Of a stretch of DNA of 64,000 nucleotides, positions 40,966 through 53,968 are shown in pieces. The notes beneath the pieces are model-generated. The model ran no database searches, was not told where the DNA came from, and worked only from the letters and a program-made list of their open reading frames with translations. A program made the translations under genes and the position numbers. The DNA is from Octopus sinensis. Its lineage: Eukaryota. The stretch lies in NCBI RefSeq assembly GCF_006345805.1, contig NC_043004.1, positions 44,702,001-44,766,000 on the forward strand, in the 5' to 3' direction. Every line of letters starts with the position of its first letter. Position 1 is the stretch's first letter.

Positions 40966-41783
40966 ATTTATGAATTATTCACCTTAAAGAAAGCAAAAGC
41001 ATTTTTTTCATATATTCTTTACTAACTATATTTTCTCATAACATTTGTAAACCCGTCCAGATGTGGCACCTAAAGGAAGGAAACTTCTCATGGCTCAGTA
41101 TTCTCATATTGTAACATTAATTCTAGTTTACATGCGTTTGTTTGTATACGTGTGTGCGACAGTGAGAGACGGAGTATATGCGTATATATACTACCAATAA
41201 ACGAGATCCTAATACCACGATTTGTAAGTTTCTTAAACAATTAGTGGTTCGGTTATTCGTATTTCTGACAGTTCCTTGGCTTCGTCTGCAACGGGAATGC
41301 TGTTATTTTTGTATGCTGGCGTAAAAACTGGAGGGGTTTCACATCTTTCCTAACGAGCATCAGATGGCGAGAAAGAAATGACGTGTTATATGCGTGTATA
41401 CATGTAAATAATCTCACTAATCAAGCATAGCAGTTAATATTATGAGAGGAATATCGCCAGATACGAACCAACGTCAAATAATATTAGCCTGAGTTGGTTT
41501 ATATAGCTGTTTCACGTTGGTTAGCTGCTAAAGAAGTAGAATGACTGAATAATACCTGAAGCTTCATGAATGAATTGGAGTTAGTATGTATGTCTACGTA
41601 ACGTCTGTGTGCGCGTGTGCAAATGTAAGTGAGTGAATGTGTGTCGGCATGTATTCCTGTTATTATGCAACTGTTTGTTAACATTAACTTCTGGAGGATA
41701 TATCAGTGTGTGTATAGAATTAGGCATTGTTATACACATATGAGAGCAGAAAAAACTGTACATAATTAGGTGTATATATATAT

Positions 41784-41835
<52 letters not shown>

Positions 41836-41942
41836 ATAGAGAGAGAGATATGTGTGTGTATATATATATATATATATACACACAAAAGTAGCTGTTCCAT
41901 ATATAAAACACACACACATATACATATATATAAGTATATATG

Positions 41943-42003
<61 letters not shown>

Positions 42004-42151
42004 TTGCAAAGACACCCAGCGTTGCTCGGGGTTATAATGGCATAGTTTTTTTATTGGTTTTACTTGTTTCGGTCATGCATATATATATATGCATATATAT
42101 ATATACATACGTATATACATATATACATACGTATATACATATATACATATA

Positions 42152-42450
42152 TTTTTTTTCTTTATTAACCACACAGGGCTGAACACAGACGGGACAAATT
42201 ACAAAGTAGAGCATTTCTTTTTGAGGAGAAAAAAAATGGTGCAGATTTTCGATCAAAAGGGATCGTAAAAAGGAAAGGGAAGAAAACAATCCATAGGGAT
42301 CGCGTATCACAGAAACGTCATGATGTAAATTGTAAAGGGGGGAGCAGATAAGGTTTATCCGTGGAAAGAAAAGCCTACGGAAAAGACCACGGTAACCTCG
42401 GTCAATAATGTCACATGTTAACACATTAATTTGCAAGTAAGTAACACTCT
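42152..42450 (-). mobile_element. Non-coding 3' end of a retroelement sharing its tail with SINE family A
   Basis: Minus strand ends ctgtgtggttaataaagaaaaaaaa (AATAAA plus A-tract). The last ~40 nt resemble the family A tail. No ORF present to assign a clade. Confidence 0.55.
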
Positions 42451-42626
42451 GTTTTAAATTTTTCCGGGTTCATAGGATTATGCTCAAGGTGGCTTCGTCA
42501 TTCATCCGTGCCATCCTTGCTACATTCACCCATCTTTTTTTTAAACATTCGCTAGACAAAACTTACCTCTACTCTCACTTTCCTTTTCAAGTGATACATA
42601 CATACATACATACATACATACATACA

Positions 42627-42659
<33 letters not shown>

Positions 42660-42699
42660 GCATATATATATATATATGTATACAAATGTGTATATGCAA

Positions 42700-43608
42700 A
42701 TGAACCGGAAAAGCATGCAGTTTAATGCTGAAAAATTTCAAGTACTGCACTATCAACTCACGAATGCACTGCAGTCTGCATACATGGAACCCATAAGTAC
42801 TACATTCCTAGAGTCACAAGCAGTGAAAGACTTGAGGACCAGTATGTGCAATGACGGCTTATTACGTATGCACATTACCAAGATGGCAACAAAGTGCAGA
42901 GAACTGGCAGGATGGATATTGAGGTGCTTCACGACAAGAGACCAAGAAACTATTTTGACCCAGTGGAGAACCATTGTTCTCAGCCACCTGGACTACTGCT
43001 CCCATTTATGATTACCACTTAGTGCCAAACTACCAGTGTAGCTTGAAGCAGTCCAACGCCACTACACTAAAGTGATTTTAAAAAGTGCAGCGGATGAGCA
43101 ATAGGAATAGGCTGAGAAAACTGCAACTTTACTCCTTGGAGTGAAGGCGCGAGGGTTACGCAATGATCTACATGTAAAAAAACTCTAGAAGGGCTAGTAC
43201 CTAATTTCGGCATTGAGTGTTATACAAATGCCATAACTGTCCGCCATTGTATTGTACCAAACGTACCATCTATTCTATACAAATTCAGGACCAGGTACTG
43301 CAATAGTCCAGGGTTTAAAGGCCCACAGCTCTTCAATGCCCTGGCACAAAAATATTTATAAATCTGCATAAGGTGGAAGTAGATGTCTCCAAAAAGGAAC
43401 TAGACGTCTTCCTCTCCACAATACCGGTTGAACCAACAGCGCAACATGAGTCACAAACGAGGGCAGTGAAATCAAACTCTCTTATTCACCAAATGTGCCA
43501 ACATGGGGATGGTGATGTGAAGTACCCCAGACTGAGAAAATTAGAAAGACCACGGTGGTGCACCAGGATGACCGTAGCCGCATTGCTGAAACGTGTAAAA
43601 GTGTAAAA

Positions 43609-43612
<4 letters not shown>
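42700..43612 (+). mobile_element. CR1-group LINE 3' fragment, decayed
   Basis: MQFNAEKFQVLHY, VKDL, AGWILRCFTTRD, IVLSHLDYCSHL, KKELDVFLSTIPVEP; tail (gtgtaaaa)n. Confidence 0.88.
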
Positions 43613-43642
<30 letters not shown>

Positions 43643-43914
43643 CCTAACTACATACTTTTTAATATATACACATACATAAATACACACATACATACATACA
43701 TACATACATACATACATACATACATACATACATACACACACGGACAGATTGTATGAAGCAGTGTACAGGTTATAAATTAAAAAGCATGTAGTTAGGATTC
43801 TGATAAATATTTATTTAGTGCTTTCATCTCGTTTTGAGAAATTCATAATGAATGATTTATTTACTGAGAAGTCATGCCTTTGTGTGTGTGTATGTGTGTG
43901 TGTGTGTGTGTGTG

Positions 43915-43949
<35 letters not shown>

Positions 43950-43950
<1 letters not shown>

Positions 43951-44414
43951 TTAATTAGTTGAAAAAATCTCGAGGACAAATCTCATAGCAGAGGATAATT
44001 CAGAATTTCCCGTGAATGTCTCAAGAGATAATAGATACCAAATATGTAACAACAAGAATTCAAATATCTGGGGACTGACTCCCCTATAAAATGTTAAGTG
44101 TATTCCCCTTCGAATTAAATGTAGATATGAACGGCATGACACAGAATCTCATATATTGCAGAACCTGCCATAGTTGCAAAGAAAATTATGTTGGTGAGAC
44201 CAACAAATCTCCATGCCAACGTGTAAGAATCCACAGACAACATATCATACAAAAAGAACTACGGAAGATTCCACTGCGTAAGCATCTGGAAATATGTGGA
44301 AACGGTAGATTCAAAATTTTTCTCTTTTACAAATGTCCAAGATATGACCCAAAGTACCGCAAGCCAATGGAACTCGATTTTATCGAAAAATTCTCACTTA
44401 CAGTAAACGCATAA
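43950..44414 (+). mobile_element. Penelope-like element fragment, GIY-YIG endonuclease
   Basis: NLIYCRTCHSCKENYVGET...QRVRIHRQHI...HLEIC...E: GIY-YIG with the intervening CxxC and downstream His residues typical of PLEs. Confidence 0.9.
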
Positions 44415-44704
44415 TACATGAAAAGGATGTATTTATAAACACATGAGAAATATTTAATAAAAATTTTGTGTCTCAGATGAACCAACTCAGATTACTGAAT
44501 ATTACTATTCATAATTTTATTATTAATGTGGCTAAAATAATTGAAAAAAGTGGTTGGATAGTACTCGAGTCTTAGCGACGCACACATACAGAGAGACAGA
44601 GAGACACATTTTCAGTTTTGTATATACAGTTTTATATATGTATATATGTATATGCAAATATATGCATGTATGTATGTATGTATGTATGTATGTATGTATG
44701 TATG

Positions 44705-44739
<35 letters not shown>

Positions 44740-44754
44740 GCATATATATATATG

Positions 44755-44785
<31 letters not shown>

Positions 44786-44786
44786 G

Positions 44787-44819
<33 letters not shown>

Positions 44820-45128
44820 GCATATATGCATATATATACATATATATATGCATCTATATATGTACATATATATATGCAAATGAGCCGGAAAAACATGCAG
44901 TTTAATGTATTTATGGGTGAAAGTACGGAATACGCATTCCCGGTGCTTAGGGTTAGGGTTAGGGTTAGGCTGAAAACGGATGGTGTGCATATTGGTTACC
45001 TCCGTTATGTACGTGTATATGAAAGATAATGTGTATGTGCGTAAGAAGGCGAGTGAGTGCCACTTACACATACATGCAAAAAATTCATACATCACATCAC
45101 ACACCTTCACTCACTCTTTCTTTCTTTC

Positions 45129-45162
<34 letters not shown>

Positions 45163-45490
45163 ACGCACACACACAGACATCCATTTCATGTACACATAGA
45201 TCTTACACTTTTTCCTCTTTTTTACTTTCTCTTCTAACTTCAAAGCAAATGTCTCCTTTTCACTTTATCCTCTCTTTCAATTTCTGCTCTCTTCAAAGCA
45301 TACGGAAATTAACGAACAATCATATGATGCCATATATGTAGAGTTGACATATATGTGTTGCTGTTCTTTCGTGTAATCCTTCAAGGTTAAGTGTCTCTAG
45401 AGAGAGAGAGGTGTATATGTATCGAGCTTCCATTAACAATTGTAATGCGGTTTGCAATTTCCGTAAATATTAGCTTTTGCTTAATCATAG

Positions 45491-45931
45491 GGATCTTTTC
45501 GGTTTGAACGGCAGTTTTTTAAAATAATTTCCACGTAACTAAACACTTTTAAACTTCGTATACTGGTAGAATGTGTTTATAAAACATATTTTTCTCTTGG
45601 CTTTATTGAGAAAATTCTATAGTTTGTAAGATATTTGTTGTTGTTTTTCTTCAATTTCTGCAATTTCAACCAATCAATGACGTCTGTTCAGGTGAAAACA
45701 TTCTGTGCCGCATGGAAATGTCCCTCGTTTAAGAAACAGATTGGGTTTAGTTACATTTGTGAAGAAAAGAAGATACCCTTCCCCATCCCCAAACCCTCAC
45801 CCTAACCCTAACTCTAACCCTAACCCTAAAATAGATTGAAATGCAATAGATCGATACTATGGTCATAATTATGGGTGACAATTTCATATGACACCGCTAA
45901 AAAAAAACTGTCGTTCAAACCGAAAAGATCC
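45491..45931 (-). mobile_element. Second copy of the TTAGGG-containing MITE
   Basis: TIRs ggatcttttcggtttgaacggcag / ctgtcgttcaaaccgaaaagatcc. TSD aatcatag / gatcatag. Internal (ccctaa)n. Confidence 0.9.
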
Positions 45932-46192
45932 GATCATAGAATTGTCACACAAGAGGATGACAAGGATAATAAGCGAGTGTTTCAAATATGGGTCCACCTA
46001 TATGTTGTAGAATGTCTATGCTTTTTCCTTTCGCTAACCCCTATAATGATTTCAACTTGTCTCAATTTAGCATGAATATCGCACCTCCGCCAAAATACAT
46101 CCGAATCATCTACTTCCGCTGCCCTACGCGTGACTAAGGCATCACACTCCCTGGCTCCGTATTCTACAGTTATTAGATTTAGCATTTATAAT

Positions 46193-46581
46193 GGATGGAA
46201 GCACTCCGTCTGTTACGACGACGAGGGTTCCGGTGGATCCGAATCAACGGAACAGCCTGCTCGTGAAATTAACGTGTAAGTGGCTGAGCACTCCACAGAC
46301 ACGTGCACCCTTAACGTAGTTCTCGGGGATATTCAGCGTGACACAGAGAGTGACAATGCCGGCCCTTTGAAATACAGGTACAACAGAAACAGGAAGTAAG
46401 AGTGAGAGAAAGTTGTGGTGAAAGAGTACAGCAGGGATCACCACCATTCCCTGCCGGAGCCTCGTGGAGCTTTAGGTGTTTTCGCTCAAAAAACACTCAC
46501 AACGCCCGGTCTGGGAATCGAAATCGCGATCCTATGACCGTGAGTCCGCTGCCCTAACCACTTGGGCATTGCACCTCCACT
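46193..46581 (-). mobile_element. SINE family C, long-tail type
   Basis: Matches 18653-19038. TSD gcatttataat at 46182-46192 and 46582-46592. Confidence 0.92.
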
Positions 46582-47341
46582 GCATTTATAATATAGGTAT
46601 TAGATATAGCAGAAATAAATTTCATTATGGAACTCCATTGCTATCTCTGTTTACTATGCAGACACCGAACTACTGCAACTTATGCTGAACATCATCCACA
46701 CCAATTTAAAGCATACACCAAGGACCACCTACATTCTTAGAAGCCCTCACCACGCTGCTTGTCGTACATTCTAATATCGAATTGTGCGTGCGCTAGAATG
46801 CAACGGTCTGCTGCGAGTTAAATTCGTCGCTTCTAAATACTGTCGATTCACTTTAATACAATATGCAAAATTGTTGATGCTACCTTCTGTCTCAGCCCGA
46901 ACTATTTTTTAATAGAAGAATACAAACAATTCGCTTAGTACATTCTTAGCCTTCACAAACGTGTCCTCGGGATCAAGAAACATGGGCTTTAAAATCGCCT
47001 CAAATCAGATTGCACCGACTAAAAGAGATCAAAGAATGGTATTCTTTATAAGAGGAATGGCACAGTTTTGATGTATGCACAAAGACATTTTCTTAAGAGG
47101 GAGAACAGGAACTCAAGGCGGAGTTAGGATGTCATAAGGTTTATGCAGGTCATACGAGTCCTATTCTGATGTCGATATGTGTGAGCTCACTGGAGTGCAA
47201 ATTTATTGCAATCTTTAATATATTACTCCTAAATTCCGATATAATGTATTGCCATAGAAGCTAGAACGAATACTTGGTGATATACAGCATTCGTTATGCA
47301 TTAATTGCCAAATTTACTCCAGTTTCCTATCAACGATTTAA

Positions 47342-47377
<36 letters not shown>

Positions 47378-48094
47378 CATAAGCAAACACACATGAATCT
47401 GATAAAGAGACATCATGTGTTCTATAATACACTGGGACCGACAATACCCAATAGGCTGATATCATGACGATTTGGTTGTTATACTCTCATAATCTCTCTA
47501 GGGTGTTATAACTCCCAAATTGCATTAGAGCAAAATTAGAAATATTTTCTTATTTATAATTAATTAACTTATGCCCTCCATAATGTTCAGAGGTATTTTC
47601 GATGTTCATTTATTGCTACATATACTCCATCACGTGATTTTTTTCCTCACTATTGACTGATATGTACAGACTAACTAAAACAGCCTACGCGGTTCTCCCT
47701 TCAATGAACATTGCACACAAAATAGGTCAAAATCGTGATTATTCGATGGTTAGTTTCAAATAATCTCCCAAGGGTAGCTCCGAAATTGTTTTAGAGCAAG
47801 GCGAGACATTTTTCCTATATATATATAATTAGTTCATGTATTTGATCTATGTACATGTCTGTGTATGTATATGTGTTTGTATGTATGTATATATGTATGT
47901 ATGTATATACATGCGTGTCTGTATGTGAATGTGTGTGTGTATGTATGTATGTTTGTATATACATGCGTGTCAGTATGTGAATGTGTGTATGTATGTATGT
48001 ATGTATATACATGCGTATCTGTATGTGAATGTGTGTGTGTGTGCGTGTGCATATATAATATATACACAAATATTCCTGAAAGGTCCACACATAG

Positions 48095-48127
<33 letters not shown>

Positions 48128-48430
48128 ATGTGTGTTTCTGTGTGTTTTCGCGTATGTGCGTATGTGTGGGTATTTGTGTATGCATTTGTATGTGTGCGTG
48201 TGCGTGTGTGCATGTGTGTGCGTGTGTGTGTGGCCGTGTGTCTCAGAACACTTAACTATCAGAAAAGAAACAGAAATATTTCTCCGAAACGGTTTGTTCT
48301 AAAATGTTAAGGACATATTCGATGAGAAACATACCATAAAGCGTAAATCACTCAGACACACGCGCATACATACATACACACACATACACACATTATACAT
48401 ACATACATACATACATACATACTATATATA

Positions 48431-48486
<56 letters not shown>

Positions 48487-48580
48487 AGGCACATAAACAA
48501 ACCTACTCTCATATATTTTACATTTGCTCTTCCCCTCTCTTTCCCTTCTCTCTATCTCTCTATATGTCTCTCCCTATTTC

Positions 48581-48624
<44 letters not shown>

Positions 48625-48957
48625 GCGCTCTCCCTTTCTCACTTTTTCTCACACTGACTAGCTTTTACAGACACATATTTATCACCTTCAGACAAAATTC
48701 CACGCACGCACCTTATACATATATACAGAAGGATAAAAGAACACGCTTGTATATCAGGGAGGGGCCGAGAGTACGTGTGTCAGTGTGTGTTCGCGTATAC
48801 ACTTACACACACACATGCATAAACGCATACATGCAAACACAGAAAAACACAGACATATATATATGCATATATACATATGTATGGATATGTATACATGTCT
48901 ATGTATATATATATATATATAAATATACATATATTCATGATATATATGTAATATATG

Positions 48958-49000
<43 letters not shown>

Positions 49001-49156
49001 ATACATATATACAAACACACGCACTCACTTATAATCATACATTCACAAACAAAAAAGCACATACATATATATGCATATATGCATATGTATGGATATGTAT
49101 ACATGTCTATGTATATATATATATATTATATATATATATATGATATGATATATATG

Positions 49157-49220
<64 letters not shown>

Positions 49221-49933
49221 ATATATATATATACAAATGTATTATCACGCACATGCACACACACACACACACACATACACTTATAATTATACATTCACAA
49301 ACATACACGGACATATATAGTTTTATGATTTACGGTTAAAGAAAAATATTGTTTGTGAGAGATACTAAAGTAAATGAAAGCCAAAATAAAAATTCAAAGA
49401 GAATAAAAAAAAAAGCGAGAGAAAAAAAAAAGGACATGAAACCATAAAGAACTGCAGAATTCACAATTGTTTCTTATTACTTTGTAACACGTGAAAAACA
49501 ATAAACGAAGTAAAAATTAAATAAAATGGCTATAGAAGAACCCCTTTCCACATCAGACCATCCTTCACCACTACCAAAAACTAAAACTAATAAAGTGGGA
49601 AACGAAATATTTCCAGAATATTCGTCTTTGATTTTGACCTGAATAACTTAATAAAGAAGAGAAATGGTCTGACCTGACTGTTTTCTATATTTTCAATCCG
49701 ACATCTATGCAATAATAATTCTTCTTTAAACTAAAATACGTGCAAATGCATATGTATGTACATGTATGATGTATGTATACGTATAATCGTGTCTGTGTGT
49801 GCGTGTATGTGAATGAATGTATGCATGTGTATGTATAGGAATATATATATATATATATATATATATTGATAGATAGATAGATAGATGAGTATATACAGGC
49901 ATATTTATATGTATGTGTATATACTTGTGTATA

Positions 49934-49966
<33 letters not shown>

Positions 49967-49996
49967 GAATATATATATATATATTATATATATATA

Positions 49997-50046
<50 letters not shown>

Positions 50047-50231
50047 GTATGTATATACACACACACACGGACATTCTCAAGTGATTGAAGAAATACTTGA
50101 CACAAATGTTTTTCATCTTCAGAAAAAATACATACACATATAGATATCTCAACATATATTTCTATCTAAGCATCTCTCTATATGTCTATCTATCTATATC
50201 TATATATCTGTTAGTATATACACACACTATG

Positions 50232-50273
<42 letters not shown>

Positions 50274-51263
50274 GTGTGTTATTTTAATCGATATCCTTAT
50301 TGCAGCAAGAAAGAAATTGGTTTTTGAGGTGCAGCAAATTCAGACAGTTGCAAAGTTTATCTTCTTCAGAAGCGGTTTACCCATTCTTTTTCTGTTATGT
50401 TTTACTGCTCCACTTACTCATCATCCATCAAATGCACCTCTTTATTTGAGATATGCAATAATTTTAAGAAAGATATAAGCAATATCAGTTTGTTTTTACT
50501 TCCAACTGTTACATAAACATCAGAACTGATGCAGTTTTCTTACGATGACCATGAAACGCTTTCAGTGAAATGGGAGATTTTCTTTTACTTATAACAGCTC
50601 TCATTGACATATGCTAGCAATATCCGTAAGAAGGGTTGGTGAGTTACGTATTGTAGTTCTTCTCGATCATATAAGCATATGGTCTTATAACAAAGTAAGA
50701 AAGTAATTACATATCCCTCAGCACTCCCTGTTACAGTTAGCTTTTAACAGGGTCTCATGAGCAACTAGATATACCTGACAACCATCTTCCAAAACACGTT
50801 TTCTTGCATTAAAAAGGGAAGGATATATTTTATAATGTACTTCTAGAAACACTCTGCATAAAACTAAAGAGAGCTGGTCGAGGAAGAATGATCAAGGTCA
50901 GAATGATCATTTAGTGTGAAGTGTGTTAGATCAAGCCTGACTTGATGCCAAAGAAGCAACGATATCACCAACGAGAGCGACGACAACTGCAACAAGAACA
51001 ACAACTCTGTTTATCGATAAAAGCCATTATCCCAATATCTGTTTGTAATCATATATTATAGTCTTGAAAGATCTAAATGACAAATTTGGTTAGCGTAGTC
51101 CTAGATACACTGTGCATGAAACCAAAGAAAGACTCAATCGTTACGGTTTGAATGCCTTTCAGCATTGATCTTTTGAATCAAGATGGATAATCCGGTGCTA
51201 AACAACAAGAGTAACAGCACACTATTTTACAACATCGATAATGGAGAATCTTAACTCAGCATG

Positions 51264-51611
51264 TTTCGGTTTTGGATTTGGTTTGCAAGATTCTTTATAT
51301 GAGTTCGTGTGTTGAAGCATATTCTGTTGTGTCTGGGGAGAGTCATTCTCTTTTAGTGCCTTATAATTTAACACACTCACCAGTAAAATTTCCACTTATT
51401 TTTATTTTCCAAAATTTTGGTTGCGTGTTGCAAACTTTTCAAACAAACAAAAGGGAATGCAGTGTAACTAACGGACAGAATCAAGACTATTGAAAAGGTT
51501 GCAACACGCAACGAAAATTTTAGAAAATAAAAAATAAGTGGAAATTTTACCGGCGAGTGTGTTAAATTATAGGGCACTAAAAGAGAATGACACTCCCCAG
51601 ACACAACAGAA
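51264..51611. mobile_element. Asymmetric fold-back insertion with 13-bp TSD
   Basis: Inverted arms ~51321-51442 and ~51490-51612. Direct repeat ttaactcagcatg at 51251-51263 and 51612-51624. Confidence 0.88.
51487..51523 (+). ncRNA. Variant hammerhead-like motif (U3-A8 core)
   Basis: cta-TTGAAAA-g-GTTGC aacac GCAAC-GAAAATTT-tag. Perfect 5-bp stem II, palindromic AAUU stem III, stem I only 3 bp. Confidence 0.45.
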
Positions 51612-51864
51612 TTAACTCAGCATGCTTTTACCAGTAGTTAGTTGCTACTGACGAATCTCAAGGAGACAGAAATATGCATTCACCAATACTACCAACGCTG
51701 CTGGACGATCTTTGTCTGCTACACATAATTTTTTATGCGTTTAACACTATACTTCTATAAGAGATGCTACATCGGGGTGGATATGATCCAGATTGCTAGC
51801 AAAAGTTTGTATCTGAAAAGGACTGGGAAGGTTGCTAGTTCCAGCTTTGTAACCAACACTGTAT

Positions 51865-52050
51865 TCAGTCGCCATGATAGATCGTAAGCCACTACACACA
51901 TTTTTGTTTCTCCTTTTTTCTGTGCCCCTTTCTGTAGAAGAGCGTAGTCTCGAAACGTAAAAGACTTTTTCTATCCCTTAGCGTTACACTAATACATCTG
52001 CTTGTTTTGTACACCACCCGTCTTCGTCTTTTGTTTTTTCGTAAACTCAC
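51865..52050 (+). mobile_element. Family E non-coding element with hammerhead-like motif (51928-51963)
   Basis: cttt-CTGTAGA-a-GAGC gtag TCTC-GAAACGTA-aaag. Homologues at 60530-60770, 37975-38090 and a minus-strand piece near 8360-8455. Confidence 0.7.
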
Positions 52051-52907
52051 TGTATTTTATCCCGGATAAGAATATAGTTTTACGATCAAGTGCAAGACGA
52101 GGGAGAAATGAAGAGTAGTCTTTCACAGGCGCATCTGAGATGCGGAAAATTTTCTTTAACCTATTATTAGATACTCTCTATCATTAATTAAGACTAGAGG
52201 GACTCGTGAATATTTCATAGAATTAATGGTAAACCTATTGGGTTATTTATGAAAACTTTATCCAAAAAAACCTGAAAGCGTAGCCTGTGTTGTGTCTATA
52301 GAAAGATAGTCGCTCACCTGCTACTCATTAAAAAGTGGAAGAAATTGGAATACGATAATTACTTAATGCACTTTATATATACGCTTTATGTATCTCATGC
52401 ACAATTTTATTGACTTAATACACAGCACTCATAAAATAAATATTCACTCATATTTTTCCATATTTCCCATAAACAAAACAAACAAATTAACCTTTACATA
52501 TGATACAACCTTTAGTTAAATTACATATCTACCATGTAAATGGGCGTGAATATTTCACGGAATTGCACTTATACACATGCGTTAAGTGATAGGTGATATA
52601 AAAAAACTTAGTTCAATTTTAAAAAGTACACTTTTCACTATTCAGTCACCACCACTACCACCACCACCATCATCTCCAGCGCTGCAACCTTCACTATCAT
52701 CTCTCTCTTTTCTGACTATCTCTCCCTCTCTCCTTCCTCTTTCTCTTTCTCCTTCACCCTCTCTCTCGCTCTCTGTGTCTTTCTTTGGCCTCACTATCAG
52801 AACATCACCCCTTTTCTAAAATTATATTTTTAACTCTCCTTCTGTAATTTCAACTAACGTTTTTAACCCACATAATAAATATTATGTTCCCCTACCTCAC
52901 GTCATGG

Positions 52908-53968
52908 ACGCTTCCCTCTCCCTCTTTTTCCTTCTCCCTTTTTCTGTCTCACTCTTTGCCATATCCTCTTTTTCTCTCTCCTTTCCCTTTCTCCCCTCTT
53001 TTCATTCAAGAATCGCGTGAAAGCGTTACAATTACATTCTCTCTACCTCACGTCGTGGACTCTTCTCTCTCCTACTTTTCTTTCTTTGCCTTTTTCTCTA
53101 ATCACGTGAAAGCGTTACCGACGGGCTAAGTAACGCAATGACAAACAGAATCATTAATTAAGATGGGAAGTAGTTCAGGTGCGATAAACTCTGCTTCTCC
53201 ACAGGGAGAAGTTGCCAGTTTAACATAGTATTAAGCTGGTTACCCTGCCTGAAATGAGGATTAGTGAAGTATTTGATCAATATAAAAGTATTAACAAAGC
53301 AACCCTACCTTCAATTCTATTACTCAAAACTGAACTGCAAAATAAACGTATGATTATCAACAAATTGCAAAATCATAGTCTAAACTTAATCACGTCAGAA
53401 TCTATCAGAGTTCCCATACTTAGATTTAACATGGAGAGTACGCTTCCCTCTCCCTCTTTTTCCTTCTCCCTTTTTCTGTCTCACTCTTTGCCATATCCTC
53501 TTTTTCTCTCTCCTTTCCCTTTCTCCCCTCTTTTCATTCAAGAATCGCGTGAAAGCGTTACAATTACATTCTCTCTACCTCACGTCGTGGACTCTTCTCT
53601 CTCCTACTTTTCTTTCTTTGCCTTTTCTCTAATCACGTGAAAGCGTTACCGACGGGCTAAGTAACGCAATGACAAACAGAATCATTAATTAAGATGGGAA
53701 GTAGTTCAGTGCGATAAACTCTGCTTCTCCACAGGGAGAAGTTGCCAGTTTAACATAGTATTAAGCTGGTTACCCTGCCTGAAATGAGGATTAGTGAAGT
53801 ATTGATCAATATAAAAGTATTAACAAAGCAACCCTACCTTCAATTCTATTACTCAAAACTGAACTGCAAAATAAACGTATGATTATCAACAAATTGCAAA
53901 ATCATAGTCTAAACTTAATCACGTCAGAATCTATCAGAGTTCCCATACTTAGATTTAACATGGAGAGT
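52908..53968. repeat. Tandem duplication of a 532-bp unit
   Basis: Copies 52908-53439 and 53440-53968. I saw only three single-base homopolymer deletions between them. Confidence 0.95.

Noticed and set aside
51640-51690. CTGACGA-a-tctc aag gaga-ca-GAAATATGCATTC
   Set aside because: Core and stem II present, but stems I and III do not close convincingly.
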